A stretch of 64,000 nt of DNA. Source: Chrysomallon squamiferum (taxonomy: Eukaryota > Animalia > Mollusca). Location: assembly GCA_012295275.1 (NCBI GenBank), contig CM022673.1:28644001-28708000 (forward strand), given 5' to 3'. Shown one piece after another: positions 28,175 through 42,990 of the stretch (position 1 is the stretch's first letter; each line of letters begins with the position of its first letter). The notes beneath the pieces were generated by a model. The model ran no database searches, was not told the origin of the DNA, and saw nothing but the letters and a program-made list of their open reading frames with translations. The position numbers were made by a program, and so were the translations under genes.

Positions 28175-29901
28175 TTTACTTATTTATTTACTTATTTATT
28201 TATGATGAATGTACATCTGTAATAAGGTATTTATGTGTGATGTATATATTTATCTATCTCTATCTATCTAGGTATCTATCTATCTATCTATCCATCTATA
28301 TATATGTGTGTGTGCGTGTGTGTGTTTGTCTGTGTGAGGTATGCATATACATATGGATATAATACGTATGACGTAATTAGGTACGAGCTTATAATGTTGT
28401 CTTTCCCAATGAAAACGGGGTCAAAACTAAAATGGGCAAATACTTGATTAACATTCCAAACAGACACGCGTTTATAACTAATCTCGTTGTAGTTGATTTA
28501 AATTGTACTGATTTAAGTTATGTCAGTCCTTACGTTTTCGATTAGCAAACAAAAAACAAAACGGCAAACAAATATTCTACATGGAATTCCATTACGTAAT
28601 GGCAAATTAAAATTGCTGCGTTTAAAACATGATGAGTAAGTGCTTTTTGTTTATTTTTGTTGTTACATGCATTTTTCTAATAGTTGTCAGAAATATCTTT
28701 ATATTTATTTTTGTTTATCATTTTTCTTCTTATTTTTCGCATTCTTCTTTCTTCTTTTATTTTGTTTTTATTTTTTTATTTTTTATATTTTTTTTTTTTT
28801 TCTTCTTCTTCTTCCTTAATACTTAATCCATACGTCTTGGTAAACAAAATGGTTATAAGAAAAATGTAATTCTTTTCCCTGGCGAATCAGTTCTGGAATA
28901 TAAAACACGGTGCATTTTAACGATCGCTTAATGACAAGTCATTCTCAAACAGAGCTGTTGTTTCCTGCCATAGAGACACGTGCTACACTCCGGTGCTTTA
29001 CGTAGAGGTGTGATGGTTTTAGCCTAATTCTATGGAAGAAAAAAACAAAAAATAAAAAACCCGTTGAAGCTCAAATAAAGAGATAGATAAGCGAAAGAAA
29101 TAGTGTTTTTTTCATCTCATTTAGTTATCGTGATAATGCCATGGAAACGGGCGTTAAGCAGTAGAAAAAGACTTAAAGAAAATGTCAAGAGACTTCCGAA
29201 TACTGAACCAAATAACCTAATGAATCAAAGAATGTCCATAATGGTCTTCAACAAAACGAGAAAAAATTTATAACCGGCTTTTGCACTCGGTCTAGCGTAT
29301 CAGCCTCTTTTAGACGTCTATTTCTGGTTTCATTGAAAGAAAGAAGGAATAGTGATAATTTGTGGGAACGTAAGTCAGAAAGAAAGAAAGAAAGAAGGAA
29401 GGAAGGAAAGAAACAGTGAGAGAGACAGAGAGTCATAGAAAGGCAGAGAGAAAGTCGGAGGAAAAAATAACAAAACCAGAATGGAACAAAAAGAAGAAAA
29501 AATATATTGCAAAATGTTTGTTTTTAGGTCTCAAGAACTTCATGTATGCTGTTCCCGTATGAATAACGGCTTTGAATTAAAAAAAGAAAAAGAAAAAAAT
29601 GTGTTTGAAAAGAAAACATCACAGGGGAAGGGATAATATTATTGAAGGAATTAGGAAATCAAAGATCATCAGACGTATTGTCTGATCTTTCAGAGACTTT
29701 CACAGAATCACAGCTAATGGAAAATATTATTTTAATCCCAGCAAAAACAAGCTTGGAAAATCTGCGAGTCTTTTTTCAACCGTTAGTTTTATTTCTTTGT
29801 TATGAAAGGAACTGAATGAATGTTTAGAGACATATATATAAAAACACACAAAACAAAAAAAAATAAAGAAACAACATTATTATTTCCGATGCTTGGATAC
29901 C

Positions 29902-29995
29902 AATATTACAAACCTAGATAAGATGATACGAGAAAAGAATCTGTTGTCACCGCCATTCGTAGGTTCTGTATCATCTTATCTAGGTTTGTAATATT
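29902..29995. repeat. Perfect 28-bp inverted repeat with 38-nt spacer (hairpin)
   Basis: AATATTACAAACCTAGATAAGATGATAC (29902-29929) and its exact reverse complement (29968-29995). Confidence 0.9.
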
Positions 29996-30144
29996 CATAG
30001 GTAACTTCTTATCATTTATTAGGTAGGGATATTTTGTACATACTTTTCAGTGACAGGACAGAGATACCATTTCATTATGTTATGAAAACCTGAAAACTGA
30101 AAGAAAAGAAGTCACTCTTCACTCACATCATGTTTTTTATTGTT

Positions 30145-30258
<114 letters not shown>

Positions 30259-32492
30259 TTTCTTATTATTTTGAATCTGCACACAGCACAAACATTAAAT
30301 GGATATTTGTTTCAAGGACAGCAGCAAATACGTCTGTGTTTGATCTACGTAAATTCATCTATAATAACAGAATTTTACGTCATTTACTTGCATCATCAGT
30401 GTGCAGGAGATGACGAATAAGTGGATCCTTAATACCTCGACCTAAAGTCTTATTTTCGGAATACAGAATAAAGACAATCACTTAGGAGTGGTTTGTGTTA
30501 TTAACCGAGACAGTATTTGGGAAAATATTTTCCAAATTTGCATTTATTTCGGTGTTCAATAAGCCTTAAACAATCAAAACGTTGTTTATGTAGTTCTGTT
30601 AAGCTGAACAGTTATTGAATGACTGTTATTAGAAAAGCAGCTAGAACGTAATCTTTCTTTACTGGAAAAAAAAAAAAAAAAAAGAAATCAGAAAGAAAGA
30701 AGCGTTTATCTCTATATAGGCAAAAGTTATTTATATATCGAGCGATAAATCTCAAATGTAAATATGGGATTTTTCATACTGGGGTTCTACATAAACCAGA
30801 ATGATTTTTTTTTTTTTTTTTTTCATTATTATTATTAATTTCCTTTTTTTTTTTTTTTTTTTTTTGTTGCGTTCAATGAACACGCAAGACACGTTTCAAT
30901 GATATCAGCTTCGTAATATCAAAGTTTTATGAGTTTCGATCCCTCCATCTTGAGTACCCCTCCACCACGATTCCTATTTCAGAAACGCTGGCAGATGAAC
31001 TTCGGAAGACAAAAATCACGCTTGAAAGACGTTAAGATCACGTAGGCATTTCAGAATCGCCCATCGGTCCTAGTTTTATCAGAAAGGTATCACACCCGAT
31101 ATTTGTTTTTATTTTCACTTCTTTTTTTCTTTCTTTCTTTTTTTTTTTTTTTTTTTCTTGAACTGTAAAACCATGTTTTGCTGATCACTCAACTATTCGT
31201 TGCTTTTAATAGCTTCTTCACTTAAATGCACAGGTGAAAAACGATTTGTTCACGTGACAGAATCTTCCAACGTAAATTCCTCCCCTAGTATGTAAGCGCT
31301 TTATTGATGTGGATTGCAAAATTAACGCGCTGGTTGTGAGAAGTGCCAGGTTTTTGAAGTTGATAATGAAACTGAAAGAAGTGTGCAAACAGTGATTATC
31401 AATGTTTATGATAATGCAGTTATTTATGAATGTGTGTGTGTGTATACCTTTATGAATGTGTGTGAGTCTGCAGAGTTGTCTGTGAGTATGTGTGAATGAG
31501 TAAACACAAAATTGTATGTCAACATGTTACGCCATCAGTGCTTCTTTGAAAAAAGAAAATCTTGAATCTAAGAACGTGTGACTAAATTTCAGTATCAAAC
31601 TGGTGAAGAAAATGAATTTGATGTCTGACATTATCTCTGAAATATGGTTTTGTAATGGTGATATCAAAGAAATTTGTTTCTGCCATTTTATGGGATCCTC
31701 ATATGCGTTAACGATAATGGTTTTTGTATGTGAACTTTCCCAGTCACAAAGACACGACACTTGATAAACCAGTCGTTTGAATTACCCAGTGTCCTTGTCC
31801 AAGAAATAATAGTTACCGAGTTCCAGATGAATCATCCTTTAGTAGTTTCTCAAAGCATTTTGAATATAACTGGAGCATCTTTTAGTTAATTTTAAATTTC
31901 GAGATGACTTCATAAAGCTTTGGGATCGTTTCCCCTAGTCCCCTAATCGGAAGTATTTGGTCAACGACAACGACCTTTTGTTATGATAAACGTAATCACG
32001 CCATCTTAAACGAAATCTTTTAATTTCATTGCTATCTGCCCCGTCACAAGTGATTCAAAGGCAATTTGGCAAAATATTCAATCGGAAAAAACACGAAGAA
32101 GAAAAGACGCTCTTTTATGACGTCATTATATCGACCGCATTTCGAATTAGCAGTTTCGAAAACGAACTGCAGTTAAATGGGGATTGACTTTTGGCATTCG
32201 GTTGCAATGACTTTGTCGCTTACGTCTTTATAACCCTTCGTGTCCCAAGTACGAGCTGTCGTGACCGACTCCAGACTTTTAAGATCAATAATTGTTGTTG
32301 ATCGAGGAATTGCGCAATAAAATGGGCGATGAATGAGCTTGTGGGGGAAACAGTACCAAATAACTTGTACGTTTTTAAAGAGTGTTTTACAGCCTGTCAC
32401 ACTGGCAAATACTGATATTTTATATTAAGCTGCAGTTATTTATTTATTGAGTTATTTATTTATTGGTTTTCTTTATTGGTTTATTTACTAAT

Positions 32493-32523
<31 letters not shown>

Positions 32524-32828
32524 TGTTTTGTTTGTTTTTAATAATGAACTAATAGAAGGATGTTGTTAAAATACAGTTTTTTTTTTTTTTTTTTATTTTT
32601 TATTATTATTATTATTTATATATTTTGTGACCTGAATGAAAAGTCCATTTCATAGTTGTAGATACGCAAGCAGAAATTATAATCTTCAGACTGTTGCTCT
32701 AACCACTAATCTACATCCAGCTTCTTTGAAGAAATTTCTTAATGTTTAACAGGACAAACTTGTAAGTATATGTGTGTGTATTATAATATCTATATCTATC
32801 TATCTATCTATCTATCATATATATATAT

Positions 32829-32875
<47 letters not shown>

Positions 32876-33654
32876 CAAAATGTTATTACGTTTTTTCATC
32901 GATCCATAATACCATTTTCGATCAATCGCTGCTAAATATTATTTCCTACACATTTGGCACTAGAGCACAGAACGTAGTCGAGAAAACTCATTTGAAAATC
33001 CATAGCCAACGGCGAGAAAATAAACATCATCTTTCGAAGAACGTAAAAGTATTTTCAGTATTAAACACAGAAACACTACACCCAGCACATCAAAGGGTGT
33101 TTTTCCATTAAGGGAAGTTGTATTTTGGAAAGGATAATAAGGCGGCGCTTTGTTGAAGGAACCAGAGGAGAACTGGTTCAGGTCACTGTGATCCCAGCTT
33201 GGTGTGTTTAAAAAAATGTTAAAACATTTGAACTGTGACTTCATGCATCATGTCGGAAGATTCCGATTTATTTATTTATTAATTTGTTTGTTTGTTTGTT
33301 TGTTTGTTTGTTTGTTAGTAAGTTAGTTACCTTATATAATTTTTATTATTTTTTATTTAATTATTTGTTAGTGATTATTCATTTATTTTATTGCTATTAG
33401 CTCAGTATTTTTATTGTGACTTGATATGATACTAAAACTTTTGTGTATGACAGACCGACTGACAGTTGTTTGTGTGGATTAAAAGACTATCTGAGTTATA
33501 AATAAAGAAAATAGTTATTTTATCTACGAAATTCTTTTTTATTGTTTATTCATTCTATCTATTTATCTCTCTATCTATCTATCCATCTATCTATTTATCT
33601 ATGTCTGTCTAGCTATCTATCTTCCTATTTATCTTTACTTAAATTTGTTATCTC

Positions 33655-33745
<91 letters not shown>

Positions 33746-34092
33746 CTCCCTCTCTCTCTCTCTTGCTCTATCTCGAACCAAAAAATGTTAAAAAAAATAA
33801 AGGATTATCTAATATCCTAATTAACTTAAGTTTCATCAAATATTTTGATTTATCTAGAAACCATCTCGTTTTTTCTCGGAAACTCTCTCCGATTCTACAA
33901 TTGATAATCTAAACTGGTAAGCAGAGAGCATCACATGTTTTTGCTTGATTAAAACTTAATTTGTTTTTCATTGATTCTCGTTAAATCGTTATCAAGATCC
34001 TGAGATGCGCGAAATTAGCTGAGAGAGAAAAAAAAAACCAACAAGATTAGAACAAAATTTGATCAGAATCCTTAAATCCTTTTAAAACACAG

Positions 34093-34097
34093 TTTGT

Positions 34098-34136
<39 letters not shown>

Positions 34137-34536
34137 TTTTGTATTTTATGTGTTATTTATTTATTTATTTATTCATTATTTATTTATTTGTTGATTGTTT
34201 GTTTGTTTGTTTATTATTCATTTATTTATTTATTTATTAATTATTTATTTATTTGTTGATTGTTTGTTTGTTTGTTTATTATTCATTTATTTATTTATTT
34301 ACTACTTATTTATTTATATATTTATTTATTTATTTTATTTATTTAATAAATATATCATATATGTTACTATATCAAGTCTCAATAAAATTAATAAGTTAAT
34401 AAAGTAAACTAAATAAATCTTCACTAATCAATTAATAAATGAAATAAAACAAAATAAAATAAAATAAAATAGAATAAAATATAATATAATAAAATAAAAT
34501 AAAATAAAATAAAATAAAATAAAATAAAATAAATAA

Positions 34537-34567
<31 letters not shown>

Positions 34568-34595
34568 AATAAATAATAAAATAAAATTAAATAAA
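34093..34595. repeat. (TTTA/TTTG)n tract followed by (AAAAT)n tract
   Basis: Direct reading. Confidence 0.85.
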
Positions 34596-36170
34596 TCTGA
34601 ATTTCCTAACATGATACGCGAAGTCACAGTTGAAATATTTTAACATTTTTAACATCGAGCAATGACCTCAGACAATTTATCTCTTGTCTTGGTCTTTCCA
34701 AAAATAACCCTGTAACCTTTTTCACCTTTTTATCCTTTCTTGAACAGAGGGCCGCCTTAGTATCACTTCTAAAATACAACTTCCCTTAACAGAAAAACAC
34801 TCTGATATTTATGTGTTTAACAATGAAAATTCTGTTAAGATATTCTAAAAAAAAAAAAAAAAAAATTCGGCTTTTATTTATATATTATATATTTATGTAT
34901 GTTTGTATGTATGTATGTGTGTGTATATATATGTATATGTATATGTATGTCTGTGTGTATGTATGTGTGTGTATGTATGTGCATATGTATGTATGTGGTG
35001 TTTGTGTATGTGTTTCTATGAATGTACAACACACATAGATATATAAAAACGTTGTTTGTTACCAATTTATTTTCAATTTCGACTGAAGGTTACCTTCATT
35101 CATTCATTCATTCATCACCTTAACGCTCTACTTCAGTCTACATTTAACCTATCTGGAGAAAACATTACTTATCTCAGATAAAAACAAGAACCAGTTTTCG
35201 CTCATCTTATTAATCTGGTCACCGCCCATGCCAGAAAAAAAAACACGAAAAAAAAGTTCTTCGTTCCGCACTTGGCAATTTCTGATAAGACTCGCTAAGT
35301 GGCAGTACGGTATCTTGTTGGTGCAGCCTAGTCCGTTATTTGCCTTCAGCGTTTTTTGATTCGACATTATCACTTTCCGTGATACAAAAACATTTTCAAG
35401 TTATAACTTTTTGAAGCAAAAGTGAAAAATTGAAAAAAACAAAACAAAAAAATAGACCTAAAAAAAAAAAAAAAAAAAAAAAAAAATGGATCTTAAAAAA
35501 AAAAAAAAATAATAAAATGGATCTGAAAAAGAACCTAAAAAAAACAACAAACTAATAAATCAGTAAGACAGTTTGTTCATTAGATTCAAATCATACGGTT
35601 ACTGATATACGCTAGTTTACTTGAAGAACATTAAAAAAAAAAAAAAAAAAAAAAAAAAATTAAAAAATGTTCGTGCACGTGAATAAGTGCATGTTTGAGG
35701 CGTGTTTGTTTGTTTGTGAATGGAGGTATGTATGCACGTATGTTTGTTGATATGGGGTTATGTCACTGTACACAGGTGGTGCGTGTTTATATAGCTTCTA
35801 GAAAAACACGATGACTGATAAATACAGACTGCGTAAGGTACACCAAGTTAAATAACTCAAACAGTTGTTGTTGTGGTTTGGATGCCGATGACGGTGATGA
35901 TATAATGATGCTGCTGATGATGATGATAAAAACAATCGTAAAACAATCTATGTACCTAACTACCTGTTTAAATATTCATATATCAATCCATCCATCCATC
36001 CATCCACCCGCAAATCCGTCTGTCTATTTGTCTGTCTCTTTGTCCATCTATTGCTTTCTCCCTCTTTCATTCCGTATCTGTATGATTTCGGATATATTTA
36101 AACATAAAATATGTGCGTGTGTGTTTGTGTTTATAAAACATCGCTTGAAAAAAAAAAAAAAAAAAAAAAA

Positions 36171-36220
<50 letters not shown>

Positions 36221-36606
36221 GCAGAAAACACCGAGTATTTGTGGACATTTTATACCACTGGTATTACAAATGATATATCATCATACCAAGCACTTTTACC
36301 GCCTTTACTAGCATGTTGTCTATGCAGTTGATCGCCAATATGTCTTTTAATACTTGATGAACTTTTTAAAAAAGTTTAAATATCTTGTAACTGATGCAGT
36401 GTGTGTAAATGGTGTTGTGTAATGTAACAGACGGATGTTTAACTTTATTAGTACACTCCAGTCTTTAATGAGGCAGTCTGGAGTAGTTGTCAAGTAACTG
36501 GTTTCTCTCAGTCGCCATTTCTGGTGCTTGTGTCATCACAAATTGGTCTTTCGTCTGCTAATGCTGACGTCATTATCGTCTGCTCTTTTTTTTTTTTTTT
36601 TTCTTT

Positions 36607-36674
<68 letters not shown>

Positions 36675-37100
36675 GTTTGTTCTCTTTTTTATTTTGTTTA
36701 ATTTTCTTATTTATTTATTTATCTATCTGTCTATCTATCTATCTATTTATTTATTTATTTTAACTGTTTAAAACAGAAACTATTGTTAGCTACATTAGGT
36801 CGTGTATGAGTATTTTTAATTTTAAAGACATATACTAATAACTACAATAACACAACGACAACAACAGCAATAATAATATATTTAGAACTGAAGATATTAA
36901 AACAATTTATACATTTATAGTCACAAAGAAATAAATATATTTATGAAAAATTATTCATTACAGATAGATGAATGGATTGATAGACAGACAGACAGACAAG
37001 CAGGCAGACAAACAGACAGACAGACAGACAGATAGATAGACAGACAGAGAGACAGATAGATAGATATATAGATAGACTGAGCTACAGTTATTTAAGCTAC

Positions 37101-37131
<31 letters not shown>

Positions 37132-38566
37132 TTTATTTATTTATTTATTTTTTTTTTTTATTTATTTTTTATTATTTATTTATTTTTTATTTGTTTATTT
37201 ATTTATTATTTATTGATTTATATTTTGTTTGTTTCTTTGTTTTTCATCATATACTGATGGAATGATTTTAAAACAGATAGATCGATCGATAATATTAATA
37301 ATTTGTCACTGACCCCAGTTCTGGTAAATGTATCTGACATAAACTGAAGACAGCATATCTGAAACTGGTAAATAAACTCAGATCACCCAAACATGCTTTT
37401 CTGACAGAAAAAAAAAAATAATAATAATGAAATAAAATGTCGTATCTAATTGAAACTGACAAGACACAGATTTATGTGAAGAGATCGCCTTTATTTTTAT
37501 TTCTTTTGTTGTTTTTTTTAATTATTATTTTTTTTTTTTTTTTATTATTATTATTTTTGTTTTTTTTTTTTTAATCTGTAATTGAAGAATTATTTTTCTG
37601 ATATATTTGTACTTGATGTTATTTTACTATTGGTGGTATTATGACTGTTCATATTATTACTAGTAGTAGTAGTAGTTGTTGGTGGTGTTGTTGTTGTAAC
37701 AGTAATAGTAATAGTAATAATGGTAATAATAATACTAGCATTTGATGCAGCAGTAGAGCGGTAATAGTAGTGGTAGTGGTAGTAGCAGTAGTTGTAGTAC
37801 TGCAGTAGTTGTTGTTGTTGTTGTCGTGATGGTATCATAATTATTATAGTTGTTGTCGTTATTACCTTTATTATTATAACAGTTGTAGTAGAAGTAGTAA
37901 CATTAGTTAAATACTTCAATGGGAGAAATGTAAAGTATTTTCGGCTATTGCTCTGTACAACGCTGAATCTGAACTACATGATACATGCTTCCTTGTTGTG
38001 TCTGAAACATTTTATATTGCAATATTTTCTTTTCGTTCGTGATTTGGTTTATGGAGACCTCTGTGAAATGTTTAATCTCAAATGTTTCATTATGCGTCTT
38101 GTAACATGTTATAACGTAATGTATTATTTTCGTAACTCATTCTGGCTTATCAGAGAGACCCGCGTGCAACGTTAAATCTTGGAACGTACGCACTTGTTCA
38201 GAGTGTTGTAACTTTCTGTAGAAGATATTCAGGACAGTTTGACCTAGACGCTATTTAAGCTGAGTTGCGCTCTTTCACGCTCTCTCTTGCGACCACTTTT
38301 ATTGTTCTTATTAATCGCTGAATATCAATTTATCATGCGTAATGCTTGTTAGAACCTTCTCGCTGGTAGCATGTCGTTCAGCCACAGTTTTCGTAGAATC
38401 CTGTTAAATTTTGACTATTAAATCATAAAGGATTATGAATTATAAAGGATATACAGATCTATAACGGGATGTGTTCAGTTGTTAACGGTAAAACAAGATT
38501 AGGCTGGTTTAACACGTGGGCTGATCACTGTTGGTGATGTTGTATATAACAGATAATCCCTTTTAT

Positions 38567-38624
38567 TTTGTGACGAGAAGATTTTATATATATATATATA
38601 TATAAAAAACCTTCTCGTCACAAA
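38567..38624. repeat. Near-perfect 58-bp palindrome centred on (TA)n
   Basis: TTTGTGACGAGAAG (38567-38580) / CTTCTCGTCACAAA (38611-38624) enclosing TTTT(AT)nAAAA. Confidence 0.85.
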
Positions 38625-38706
38625 TGGTAAAAAGTCGTAGTTTTGTGTGGCGTTTGACCTTTCTTAAATGTTAGTTTTAGTCGTAAACACTAAGACATGA
38701 GAGAGA

Positions 38707-38774
<68 letters not shown>

Positions 38775-39163
38775 CAAAAGAAAATTATCTGTAAAAAAAA
38801 TCTCAAGAATAAAACAAAAATGTCATTCGAAATTAAAGCTGAAAATTAAGTTTTATGAGAAACGTTAAAACCTTAAACAAATAAAACACTGATAGTTTGT
38901 ATGACATTTATCTGTTTATCATTACTATTTCTTGTGCGGTTTGCTTTATCTTAAGAAGATTATTTTATTTTATTTTATCTTTATTATTATATTTCATTTT
39001 ATATTAATTCGTTATCTTACCTTTTTTTTTTTATTTTATTCTATTTTATCTTTATATTTCTTTTTTATTTTATATTATTTTTTCTTATATTTTTTTTTCC
39101 TTTATTTTTTTTTTTTATGTTTTTTTTTTTTTTTTTTTATTTATTTATTTTTTTTTTTTTTTT

Positions 39164-39194
<31 letters not shown>

Positions 39195-42100
39195 TTACTA
39201 AATTTGCTATTCTTGAATTTTTTAAACTATTTTAGTAATAGTCTAGAATTATGTTTCTGCAGTCCAAGTTATCTGTTTATTATGGGGAACGTAAATCAAA
39301 TAATTCTGTTATCAAGGGTTGTTTCATGCTTGAGAATCAATGGTATTAACTTTATTCCTGCAATGATTTTTCTTATAGAAACAGAACAGTAAAAAAAAAA
39401 AATATATATATATATATATCACTGGTCTTAAAAATAAAATAAAATAAATAAATAAATAATAACAACAATATTAATAATAAAAGTAAAAGATAAAAAATAA
39501 TAATAATGAAATGAAATAAAATAAAATAAAAAACATTTCCTCTAAATTCTCACACTTAAATCAAACAGTAAAAGTTATTTGGTTATCACTCATCAATCGT
39601 TTTCCCATTTGAGAATAGAAAACTACAGTCGTCAGCAACAACCAGAAATCATAATGCATTGCAGGAAATGAGAAACCATTAATCATACTGCAGTGATGAC
39701 TTTGCAGAAAAAGCGTAAAATATTAGCCTTGTTAGGTTAAGCAAACGTCAGAGATCATTCTATGACGTAAGCGATGATCGTCTATGGCTTGGGAGGACGC
39801 CATATATAACCAGCATGAACTGAAAATGGAGGATTCTGTTGTTATTCTTTTTCTGCTTTTTATGGATTTGGAAACTGCTCGAAGAAGCTGAGTGTCGTGG
39901 TGACAGCATCTTTCAGTTAGGAACAAGGAGATGGTGAGAGAGGCTGAAAGAATTTCACAAAGACCCTTCAGTTCAGATGATTGCGATGTTGTAGGAGTCG
40001 AGTGATTCGCTTGTTTCAGTTAACCAAAACAAACCAAGCGATCAGAAAATTCCTGATTTGGTCTGATTTGGTCATGAGATAATAAACTTCAACAATAATA
40101 ATAATAATAATAATAATAAATAATAATAATAATAATAATAATAAAAATAAAAATAATAATAGCTTTAAGTTAATAGTTAAGGCGTGGATCAACAATGTAT
40201 GTATGTATACTGAACGTGCCACGCACATACATAATATGTTTATAATATGTACATACATTGATAGGTATGTACATACGTAGGTAGATTGGCTATCTATGTT
40301 TGTATGTATGCATGTATGTAGGTATGATGTGTGTATATATATGTGTGTGTGTGTGTGTGTATATAAATTACATATACATATATGTATTATGATTTGCACG
40401 TATATATGCATCCATGGTAAAACTAAATTAATATATATATTTGAACTACAAACAAACAAACAAACAAACTAATTAATTAATTAATTAACACAAAAACACA
40501 CCAACATTTTACATTCACACTACTTAACCGACATAACGGGACGAAATCTTCAAATGTGATCTTTCCGATTCTTCGATTTTTTTTTTTTTTTTTTTTTTCT
40601 TTCGACTCCTGAATCAATCTTGACGCCTATTTGTCGATAAGACGAAACAGCGAGATCGATAAATCAAGAAGCCAAGTTAGGAGTAGTTATGATCGCGTTA
40701 ATAACTGTCTGGCTTAGTGAGAGGAGGGACCCACGAAACGTCAACATTTGATTGGGGTCGTGACCTTTACATGACTGTAGCTAGATTGACTAGAAGTCAT
40801 TACAGAAATGCAGGCGAGAGTACGCAGAAAAGATAAGAAATTCAGTCTATGATATTAACACGGCAGAAATTCTTCTTTTTTTTAAAAATCTATTAACTGT
40901 TGGATTGAAAACAAGGTTTTTATCGAGCATTAAGATTAGATTTCTAAGTGTGTATTACTCAGCTTGGCGATTTTTGTACGAATCAGCAGAAATAAATGAA
41001 TTGTGAAATAAAAATATATTTAATTATATGATGACAGTAACAGCAATACATAAAAATAATATTATTGTAATGTTAATAATAATAATAATAATAATAATAT
41101 GAATTATAACAGTATTAATAATAATAACAATAATAATATTAATAATGACAGCAATATTAACAGCAATAATGGTCATATGAATGATGATGATGATGATGAT
41201 GATAATAATAATAACTATATAAAGAAAGTATTTATTAAAAGCATTAATTCATTGATAATCATAATTTAATATGTACTTTAAAAGTACCAACAATAATAAC
41301 AACATTAAAATAAATAAACAAAATAAATGTTAATGTAAAGCTGATTATATACTTTTAATAAATTAATCTTTGAAATATTTTATCAATTTTTGAAGAAAGC
41401 GAAGTTAAAATTATATAGTCGAAATGTATAATAAATAAATAATAGATAAAATAAATAAATACATAAATAGACAGATTACTGCAAACCTAATTTATACTGT
41501 CCACTTAAAAATAATCTCATTCAAAATAAATGAATGTTTTCTTAGAAGCGTCATAATAATAACAGTTATTGACGCTTTTGTTGTTGTTGTTGTTGATGAT
41601 GTTACATCAGTTAAATCAATAACATAATCCACTCCTACACATTTTTTCCATCCAAAAAAAAAACAAACTAGTGGGAATTCAATTATTCTTTAAATGACTT
41701 TCAATAAAACAATTAAAACAAAAACGTTCAGCGATATTCCACAACAAAAAAGTTTACATTTCCACTATCACCTAAACTAATTATTTCACAGACCGACAGA
41801 AATTGAGCAATATCTATCGATCTTATCTTCTTCTTCTTTTTTTTTTTTTTACCACCTTTAACTTGCCTACTTTTTTAAAAACTAGTTTAGCATCGCCCAC
41901 ATCTTTATAATAATTTTATAACGCAGCCAAAGATATGAAATCAAACTCTACTCAGGGGAAACCGAGAGATACAAAATAATGATCCATTTCTGGAAAAATA
42001 AACCCATAAAAATAAAAAATAAAAAACCAGTTTTGTATCATGCAAGGTCAATACTCGGCAAACAAACAATTGCTATGGCGTGTTTCCATACATATGTAAT

Positions 42101-42410
42101 CTGGTCTAATTAGAAAGAAATTGGGAAAAGGCGATTTCAGGCTGCGAGAACGTCATTCATGAAACACCGTCTGAGAGAAACTTTCGGAATGAAAAGGATT
42201 TTTATACGCTCGGTGGCAGAAAGTAAATAGCATTAATAAGAGGCGGTTTTAAAGAAGGGAAGTAAGTACCAATGCACCACTGCGTGAGTCTAGGAAAAAC
42301 AACGGCAACAAGAAGAAAAAGAAGAAGAAGAAGAAGAATAAGGAGGAGGTTGGGAAAAACATGCTAAAAGAAGTATGTTCAAAAAGGTGATATGATTAAT
42401 AGTTTATTTA

Positions 42411-42412
<2 letters not shown>

Positions 42413-42452
<40 letters not shown>

Positions 42453-42990
42453 GTTAATGGGTGCGTGTGACTTTCATGTTAAGTTGGTTTTAAGTTTAAT
42501 TTTTATTTATGTATGTATGGGTGTACGTATATGTGTATGTATGTATGTGTGTGTATGTGTGTATGTGTATATGTATGTGTGTATGTATATATGTATGTAT
42601 GTGTACGTATGTATGTATGCATATATGTATGTATGTTTAATGTGTGTATAATATATATGTGTGTCTAAGTGTGTATGTGTCTATCTCTTTATCTGTCTGT
42701 CTATCTGTCTATAAGTCTGTCTATCTATCTATGATATATGAATGTTGAATGCACACACAATCCATACACGCACACACACATGTGCTTAGGTATATGTATG
42801 TATATATGTATGTACGTATGTATGTATGTTTGTATGTATGTATGTGTATGTATGTATGTATGCATGATGTTTGTATGTATGTATGTATGTGTATGTATGG
42901 ATGTATGATGTTTGTATGTATGTATGTATGTATGTGTATGTATGGATGTACGTGTGTGTATGCGTGTGTGAGTGTGTGTGCGTATATGCG
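42413..42990. repeat. (TG)n/(TATG)n degenerate microsatellite region
   Basis: Direct reading. Confidence 0.9.
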
